A DNA stretch of 64,000 nucleotides from the human T2T-CHM13v2.0 reference genome, Homo sapiens: assembly GCF_009914755.1 (NCBI RefSeq), contig NC_060926.1. One strand, written 5' to 3'. Positions within the stretch are counted from its first letter, which is position 1, and every line of letters starts with the position of its first letter. The notes beneath the pieces were generated by a model. It worked only from the letters and a program-made list of their open reading frames with translations, was not told the DNA's origin and searched no databases. Below are positions 55,135-64,000 of this stretch, one piece after another. A program made the translations under genes and the position numbers.

Positions 55135-57928
55135 GGGGGGATATGGTTAAATAAATTATGGTACAACTCCCAAAATATTTCACAGCTATTATACAAGATG
55201 CACTTGAAAATATCTTAATGTAAAAATGTTTATGATATTTGAGGCAAAAAGAATGATAAAAGTTAGTATTTCTTGGGTGCTTTCCACATCCCAGGACTGT
55301 TTTATTCTCTTTACATGTGTTTTCTCATTCATTTCTTAAAAGAACCTCATGAAATAGGTACTATTATTAATATTACTATTATTAATATCCTCACTTTATA
55401 TATGATGAAGTGGAAACAAGATGGTTATCTTACCCAGGGTTACAATCTAAGAAGTTCCATTCCAGGCTTGATGCTGTTAAAAATTTTACCATGTTACCTG
55501 ATGGCTATCTGTCTGTCTGCCTGTGTGTCTGTCTATCTACCTATTTATCTTTATCAGTTAGGGTCCCAATAGGAAACAGCACACTCAAGTGAAAATAACC
55601 GAAGAAGAGTTTCTCAAAAGGATTCTTTATAATAGATGTGGCCAGGAGGTAAGGAAGCAATAAGAGGCCATGCAGTACTCATGGCCCAAAGAGGAGACAA
55701 AAATCAAATCAGGAAGAAGAAAGTCTTCTGAAGGGTCCTCTTGTCTAATTATTATCTGTCCGTCCATCACCCATCCACACATCGATCTTTCAATCCATCT
55801 AGCCTTGCAGCCTCTGTATGACAGGATGAGGCAAAAAGACAGCAGATAACATGCCATAAAGTGAATTGTGAGATACATACCCTAGGGGACTTGTGTCTTC
55901 AGGCATTTAGCTGAAATGTGGTTATAGAATGCTACAGAAGCCCTTAACACTAATCCCCCACAACGAGGTAGAGAGGAGAGGACACATAAGGGGCTTTCCA
56001 GCTTTAAGACCACCCTCTTCCCTGGTGTGGGAGGGGTGTGGGCCCCCTCAGGCCTGAGTCACTCAAAGAGAGGCCTCAGACTCCTGGTGGGCAGTGAGGG
56101 CAGGGCTCTGGCAGGAGAGTGGAAGAGATGGGTGCAGCTGTGGGTTCAGCCGGCTCATCCACCCTCTGTGCAGGCTGAGAATGGCTGCGACCTCTCCATG
56201 AAAGAGCTGGCATGTGGGAGAGCCCAGACTCTGCCTTGCGAGGCCCCCTGGACAGGCGGTCAGCCACAGCAGCCCTGGGAGACAGCCTGCCGGGCAGGCA
56301 GCACGTGACCACTGAAAAGGGTGTTTCACCAAGCCTGGGGATGCACACTGGGACAGTCCCAAGGGGGCCCTGAACACCACCACCGGGAGACAGGGTCCGC
56401 CTGCCCCCAGAGCCTGCAGCCATGAAATAAGAACTATACAGCCACTTACCTCCTTCTCTCCCTCCCAGAGGGGTCAGGCCACACCTGGTGAGCTGTGGGA
56501 GGAGGCAGAGGGAGGGAAGAAGCCCAGGCCTAGTTCTCTGTGGCAAGATACCAAGCTGGAGGGGATGGGGAAACAGCTCTACTTTAAATCAAGTTCAGAG
56601 TTTTGATATTATCTGGGACTGGATACTCTAAGCATCAGACTGATGACAATGTTGGGTATTTACAGTGACAACAAGACTTGGTGTCATCCAAGAGTTTCCA
56701 GCAAGGTCATGCTGATTGCTCAAATGCTCACTCAGGAGCTGAGGAAGAACCAGCCACTGGACACCTTCAGACACAGAACAGGAAGATGAAGTCGCCATGT
56801 GGTTACTTCTCCAGCTCCTGCCGGTCCCATATGTGTGCATGAGTGAGTGTGCATGTCTGCAAATGAACTACACACACGGGCCTATATCTCTGGACAGGGA
56901 AGTGATAGCCGGCATTCATTTTCTTCTTTTTACACATTCTCCTCTAATTTCCACATTTCCTACAAAGGGGATGTAGTCCGTTTATAATCAGAAAAACATC
57001 AGCAAATGTTATTTCAAAAGAGGAAGTCAGCCTTCCGGAAATTCCCTAATCCATGTAAAATATCACTTGTACCAGGAATGAGTCTTACCCATCACATGCC
57101 CAGTACCGCCACAAAGAGCAAGAAACATTCCAACATCTGCACAGGAACTTGGTGAGAAACCGACTCTATTCCCAGGGGAGGAGGGAGGAAGTGAGAATTG
57201 CGGATTTTGTTGTTTCTCTTGTAAACATACGTTGGGATCATATCCTTTTCCCTTCCCCTCCCTTCTCCATTTAGTCACAAATTCAGCAGCACAGAGACCT
57301 TTCCCAATACCAGCTCAACTGATGTGGCCCGTTTTTCAGGCAAATTTCCAATGAGAGCTGAAAGTTAGTACCTTGGCACCTTGAGGAATTCTAAAGGAAT
57401 CCGAGAGTATTGAGATAAAAAATGCCTCCTAGCTGCATGTAGTCACACACTGGAGTCTCTTTAACTTTTTTTTCTAATGCTTTGCAGTAGAATTACCATG
57501 AAGGTGAAACAGCCTTATAAAAAGATCTTTAAAAGTTCGTGGAAAAGAGTTTTTGCTATGTTAGAAAAGGAGGTAGGCATCCCATGGAGCTAAAACATGT
57601 CAAGCCAAAGTCACCCACTTCCCTCTGATAAGGGTGGTAGATGGCTGGATGGGAAAAGGCTGCAGGGCCAGGATACCCAGCACTCAGCTCAGCCTTGGAT
57701 GATGTTTGCCAATATTTGGAGTGATGAAATGGCAAAATATGACCTGGATGATAGCAGCTGGGGGAATTCCCAGCTACTGGGAAAAGCTTAGAGTCACCTA
57801 GCAAGATGACTTGATAAAAGACACACTTTTCAAACATAGCCACTTCAGCAGGTTGGGAAGACTGGATGAACCACCTGTGATTCAAGAATATGGTGAGAAA
57901 TAGAACTGCAGGTCAAAACTGAATAGGT

Positions 57929-58284
<356 letters not shown>

Positions 58285-58907
58285 CTACTCTTGGGTTCAA
58301 ATAGTTAATTACATGATGATAACAGTATGATAACAACAACATTTTGTATTTATATAGAGTATTAATATTTTACACTTTACAAGACTGTTTTGGGAGGCTT
58401 ACCTTAATTTCAACTCTTTAGAAAAAAATACTTAAGGTTGTTTCTGTTGACTACAAGCTTAAACTGAACAGATACAGAAAAATAAAAGCCAACAGTAGCC
58501 AAAAAAAGGTAAGCGCTCTTGACCTTTGAGCACATCTGAGGGACTGCGTTGCACCCTTGGGGCCACCTTTAAGGGAAACGTCAATAATTGAAGTCATAAC
58601 GAAACAGGTGGGCAGGGAGGCAAAGGGAAGACAGGGAGAGGTGAACAGTTGTTTCAAATATGTGAGCAGCCTCCATATTAGAAGATTCTGTGATTATCAA
58701 AAGTGTAGAACTTCCACAAATGAACAGAAGTTTCAAAGACGAAGACTGTGTTTGGAAGAACGGATCTAATCATTTCAATGTTTTGTAAGTAAAATTGAAA
58801 TCCACACGATTGCTGTGGGGAGGGTAATGGTTTGGCCACATCCCTTGATGTCACTCAGCCATGCACCCCCTGACACTGCAAGTTCACTCCTGGACATACA
58901 GATGCAA

Positions 58908-59023
58908 GAGGCAGGAGGCTCATTTGAACCTGGGAGGTGGAGGTTGCAGTGAGCCAAGATCACGCCATTGCTGCAGCCTGGGCAACAAGAGGGAAATTCT
59001 ATCTCGGAAAAAAAAAAAAAAAA
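58908..59023 (+). mobile_element. 5'-truncated Alu (right arm plus poly-A)
   Basis: gaggcaggag...gaacctgggaggtggaggttgcagtgagcc...A tail. Confidence 0.88.
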
Positions 59024-59474
59024 AGATCTTAACCTCCAGAGATCTTTTAAGAGCCAATGAGTTCTCTCAGCGCAACCAAATTGTGAGAAACATCAGTTGT
59101 CTGACATCACAAAGTGGCTCTCAGCTTGTGTGGTGCCAAAGCGGCTCTCAGAGCTTGGCACTTCTATGCAGGGAATACCATGCCAGCAAACCTGGCTCCC
59201 TGAGGAGTGCTTGGAGCTGCCATAATTACATTCCCTTAGGTGCTACCCATTCCTCATCCTTCCTGGCCCCTCACTATGAAGTGTGGACAAAGGGAAGTGG
59301 CTAACAGGATGGCTCTTCAATTAGCTGAAGGATGTTGACCAGCTGGTGGGAAGGAAGCCAAAGATACCCACTGAAAATCCATTAGACTCAAATACATTGC
59401 AACATTTCCTCCAATAACTTGCTTCCCTTTTTTGCACTCAGTGAATAGAGCGTTCTTAATCTTCAACAACTTAC

Positions 59475-59598
59475 CTTCCCAAAGGTGGCCGGGTTGACTT
59501 GGTTCTCAGTGTTTTGCCCACAGGTCTCCACGTAAATCTCATACATGAGACAGCGAGGGACGCTGCACTCTTCGCAAATGCAGAAGTTGTCGACCAAC
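59475..59598 (-). CDS. RFX8: RFX8 coding exon, N-terminal half of RFX DNA-binding domain: (W)[41 protein letters not shown]; internal in-frame ATG at 59546-59544
   Basis: Acceptor cctctcctccag|G and donor AAG|gtaagt; 124 nt = 1 nt + 41 codons. Aligns by eye to the RFX winged-helix pattern WLxxNY...SLPR...Y..Y...C...VNAASFGK and to the RFX8 protein as recalled. Confidence 0.95.
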
Positions 59599-60869
59599 CT
59601 GGAGGAGAGGAGGACAAGGAGGAGGAAACTGGCATTTGTTTTTCTAGAGCAAAATATTTTGACAAAATCAATGGTCAAGATGTGTATGAGGTTCCAATAA
59701 ATGAAACATGTCTAATTTATTGGATGAATCCCTGCGAAGGCTCACAACTGGCATCACTATGTACCCGTTTGTCCTTAGGCCAGTGTTAAGTATATTGACT
59801 GTGGCTTTTAGAAGATCAGAAGCCCATAACGTGTTTCTGTTTTTGTTTGTTTCCTGGCAGGTTGGCATGCTAAAAAGAAGTTCAAATTAGGACTTCAGCA
59901 GACGCTGTTTCATAGACCTTTACAAAGGTTACAGCCAAGAGCTACATAACTACAAAGTGGAGAATTATTTATTCCACTTTATGAATAAGACACAAAACAA
60001 TACCCAGGTAAGTCCTATCACCCCTGCAGGTGACCGCAGGGGCCAGCCTGGCTTCCCAGGGCCCGTTTTCACATCCTTCCCTCTCTGATCCCTGTTCCTC
60101 TGAAGCAGTTGCTTGCATGGTTCTTAAACCCCTGTGGTTTAGGGCAGGCCATTATGTTTGGATTCTTTGAATTGCAATGAGGTGTAAAATGCAAGACATC
60201 AAGAGACACCAAGAGAGGCAGAGTGCTTTTGCTCTGCTTTCTTCCCTATTGGTACAGAGCCAGAGCAGCACAGAGCGAATGCAGCAGTGCCTGTGAACGC
60301 ACCTGCAGTGCCTGTGACCTCTGCTCAAAGTGGGACCTTCAACTACCCAAATGCTCCTGGTCTGGAGGCAGAGTGTATTCCTTACCAATGAGAGGCTCTG
60401 GCTGAGGTTCACAGACCAGCCCCGGCCCCTGGGGACAGCCAGGCGCCTATTCCAGCAGCAGTATGTGAGCGTGGAGGTGAGTGGTGAAGGTGGCCTGGGT
60501 CAGAAAGTGTCCGTAGTGACATCCAGCCACTACCTTCCTTTCCCGGTGGGATAGACCATCGTTCTTTAAAAAAAATATACAAAGCAAGCCAGTATAATTT
60601 TTAAACAAAGAGGAATATTTATTTAGCAGAGACTTTACAGACAATACGTCTCCTTGGCATTTGTTTTTCTAGAGAAAAATATGGGTATTTTGCTCTAGAT
60701 GGGTATATGGGTAGTATACAGCTTATCTTCTGGAATGAGGCACACTGAGGCCCAAACTTACTTTCCTTGGGAACTAAAGGACATAGTCACAATTGTTAAC
60801 CCCACCGGCTTCCCAGAAAAAAAGACACATGGACATAAGGAATAGGGGAATCTCTGGCCCTGCAATGCT

Positions 60870-61470
60870 TCCTTGGGGTAACAAATTACCACAGGCCCAG
60901 TGGCCTCAAACAACAGAAATGTATTCTCACAGTTCTGGAAGCTGGAAGCTTAAAAATCCAAGTGCCAGCAAGGTCGGTTCCTTCCAGAGGCTCTGAGGGA
61001 GACCCTGCTCGATACTTTTCTCCTTGTTTCTGGTGATTGCTGGAAATCCTCGGTGTTCCTCAGTGTTCCTCGGCTTCACTCCAGTCCCTGCCTGTGTCTT
61101 ACACAGCCTTCTCCCTGTGTGTCCGTATCTCTGAGAATTTTATTGTTTTTCTTTTTTGCATTTTTTTAGTAGAGACGGGGTTTTGCCATGTTGGCCAGGC
61201 TGGTCTTGAACTCCTGGGCTCGAGCGCTCCACCCACCTCAGCCTCCCAAAGTGCTGGGATTACAGGCATGAGTCACCGTGCATGGCTAGTATCTCTGTGA
61301 ATTTTCTTATCAACATACCAGTGACTGGATTTAGAGCCCATCCTAATTCAGGATGACTTCAATTTAACTAATTACATCTACAAAGATCCTATTTCCAAAT
61401 AAGGTTACATTCTGAGGTTCCGGGTGGACATGAGTTTTTTTTGGGGGGATGCTATTCAACCCAGTACAGG
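60870..61470 (-). mobile_element. MLT1-type MaLR LTR containing an Alu left arm (61150-61287)
   Basis: aacaacagaaatgtattctcacagttctggaag...atttccaaataaggttacattctgagg. Confidence 0.78.
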
Positions 61471-61644
61471 CATCAAGGAAGTAGATTTTTCTGGGATGCT
61501 TCCCAAAATCATTGTGGGAGCCTGACACTTCAGATACTTCACAATGGCTTAAATGCAGCTGCTACTGCATCAATTATTTGGCTCAAGGCTGAGTACAGGG
61601 TGATACCTATCGATGGGATGGTGGCATGGGGGAGTGGCAGATTC

Positions 61645-61838
61645 ATATATATAGCCAGCATATATATATATGTAAGTATATATATATAAGTATATATATA
61701 CGTATATATATATAGGTATATATATATACGTATATATATGTATATATATATACGTATATATATGTATATATATATAAGTGTATATATATATAAGTATATA
61801 TATATAAGTGTATATATATATAAGTATATATATATAAG

Positions 61839-61870
<32 letters not shown>

Positions 61871-62152
61871 TATACATGGAGAGAGAGAGAGAGACTCCCT
61901 CTGGAATGCAGTGGTGCAATCATAGCTCATTGCATCCTCAAACTCCTGGGCTCAAGGGATCCTCCTGCCTTAGCCTCCTGAATAGCTGCGACTACAGGCG
62001 TGTGACCATGTCCAGATACTTAAAAAAAAATTTTTGTAGAGACGGTCTCACTATGTTGCCCAAGCTAGTGCTGACCTCCTGTTGTCGAGCAATCCTCCCA
62101 CCTTGGCCTTCCAAAGTGCTGGGATTACAGGCACAAACCACTGCACCTGGCT
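61645..62152 (-). repeat. Compound (TA)n/(CA)n/(GA)n microsatellite (61645-61893) at the tail end of an antisense AluJ (to 62152)
   Basis: Directly visible; source of the Ile/Tyr-rich ORFs. Confidence 0.93.
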
Positions 62153-62768
62153 TATATTTCTTTTGTTAAGACACTACTTGTTGATATATGAAAAACTCAC
62201 TATTGGAAGTTATCACAGAAAAATGTTGGCTAAATCCGGGAAACTGTGGCAAAATGTGATGTGCATTCAATTCAAACTCACTTCTGTTTATTCATAGTTA
62301 CTCCAGATTTAGTTAGGGAATTATCTCCTTAAAAAAGAAGTGTAAAAAATACAAACTCCTTAAAATGAACTCTAGTTTTCCATGTTTGCTGATTGTTCTT
62401 TCCTGTGACAGACGCTCATTTGTTCTAAGTCTCTATGAATTGCTGTCCTCCCAATTTCAAAATGATACTACCGAGCCTGCCTGTTACCTAAGTGGAATAG
62501 GAAGGCCAAATAATACTCTTAATAAGAATAATAGTAAAGGTCTGTGGCCAAGAGTCCTTTCTATGCCACACATGGAAAGAAAGGGCTGCCTTCGGATGTG
62601 AGCCCTGTGTGGCTGCCTTGATCCTGGCAGTTCCAAGAGATTCATTCTGTTTCTGACCATGTGTCTGTGGTCATTTGCCCAATATTCTAAGCCAAATCGC
62701 AGAGACTGACCAGTGGCAGCCAGTCAGCATACAGTAACTGGACAAGCAGAAGGTTTGAAAGTGGACTT

Positions 62769-62826
62769 TGTCACCCAGTAGTTGCCTCAGCCTTCAGTGT
62801 CACCCAGTAGTTGCCTCAGCCTTCAG
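62769..62826. repeat. Perfect 29-bp tandem duplication
   Basis: tgtcacccagtagttgcctcagccttcag twice (62769-62797, 62798-62826). Confidence 0.96.
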
Positions 62827-63403
62827 TGTCCACACACATACCCCGGGCTTTGAACCTCAAAGACCTAAGTTTCCATTCTGACTCTGAGACACCTGAGAGT
62901 TTTTGTGATCAGAAAACAAGCACATGACCTGCCTACTACCGTGGCTTGCACACAGAAGCTCTTATTATTATCATTTTTATGTCTACCATCAAAATCTGGA
63001 ATGGAAGCAAGAAAGATGCTGATGTTGGCAGAGTGGCTACACAGAGCACCTGCTGTAGGTGAGCCTGACTTCCAACCACCTGGGGCTCCAAGGAGAGACC
63101 GATTGGGGACTGGCAGAACTGCCGGCAGGTGACATTGGTTAAGGGTTTTATACTCTGCCACCAAAATGTCCTTTGGTGATACACCTGGAAATAAAGCCTG
63201 TCTACATTTGAAGTGAATCAGATCACTAGATTCCTTGCTTAGCTTCGTAATAACACTATTTTCCTGGTCTTGCCATCAGACAAGGTGGATTATTAAGATC
63301 TTGAGACCGTTCATGATGTTCTCCTCGCTTTGAGTGATGAACAATCTGATGATTACTGACCTCAGAGCACAAATACTTAGCCAGTGCTTCACACGTTTTC
63401 TGA

Positions 63404-63705
<302 letters not shown>

Positions 63706-63738
63706 TCTGAGTACTCTTTAAAGAAAAATGTCATGAGC

Positions 63739-64000
<262 letters not shown>

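Noticed and set aside
56791-56806. GTCGCC-ATGT-GGTTAC as an autoregulatory X-box
   Set aside because: The 4-nt spacer exceeds the 0-3 nt X-box consensus and the second half-site deviates.
60386-60563. Minus-strand segment ending CATTG|gtaagg, which could supply the TG of the Trp codon completed by exon 59598
   Set aside because: The required frame has a TGA eight codons upstream, the other frames also stop, and the acceptor (taaag) is weak; at best a non-coding exon.
61539-62169. Ile/Tyr-rich ORFs
   Set aside because: Artefacts of the (TA)n microsatellite and Alu.
62865-63184. Overlapping ORFs as a possible RFX8 first exon
   Set aside because: No RFX-like sequence, no donor ending in TG phase 2 and no CpG island; exon 1 appears to lie beyond the window.

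Overview
Human (primate) genomic DNA, repeat-rich and mostly intronic. The minus strand carries 11 internal coding exons of the winged-helix transcription factor gene RFX8 (59598 down to 3319). All have GT-AG boundaries and join in one frame (1078 nt: 1 nt plus 359 codons); the first and last exons lie outside the window. Three exons encode an RFX DNA-binding domain ([26 protein letters not shown]). Introns hold a full-length decayed L1PA (46604-53086, 15-bp TSD) in the same orientation as the gene, other L1/L2/MIR fragments, MaLR and MER68 LTRs and about 30 Alus. Main leads: (i) an in-frame TGA in the 3' part of one exon, bypassed by an upstream donor; (ii) a frame-preserving 213-nt DBD exon cassette bracketed by inverted Alus; (iii) two well-formed non-coding plus-strand exons beside RFX8 exon 59475-59598, downstream of the L1 antisense promoter; (iv) a CpG-dense, open-frame candidate alternative exon at 27540-27891. 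Repeat subfamily calls are by eye. No prokaryotic-type system is present.
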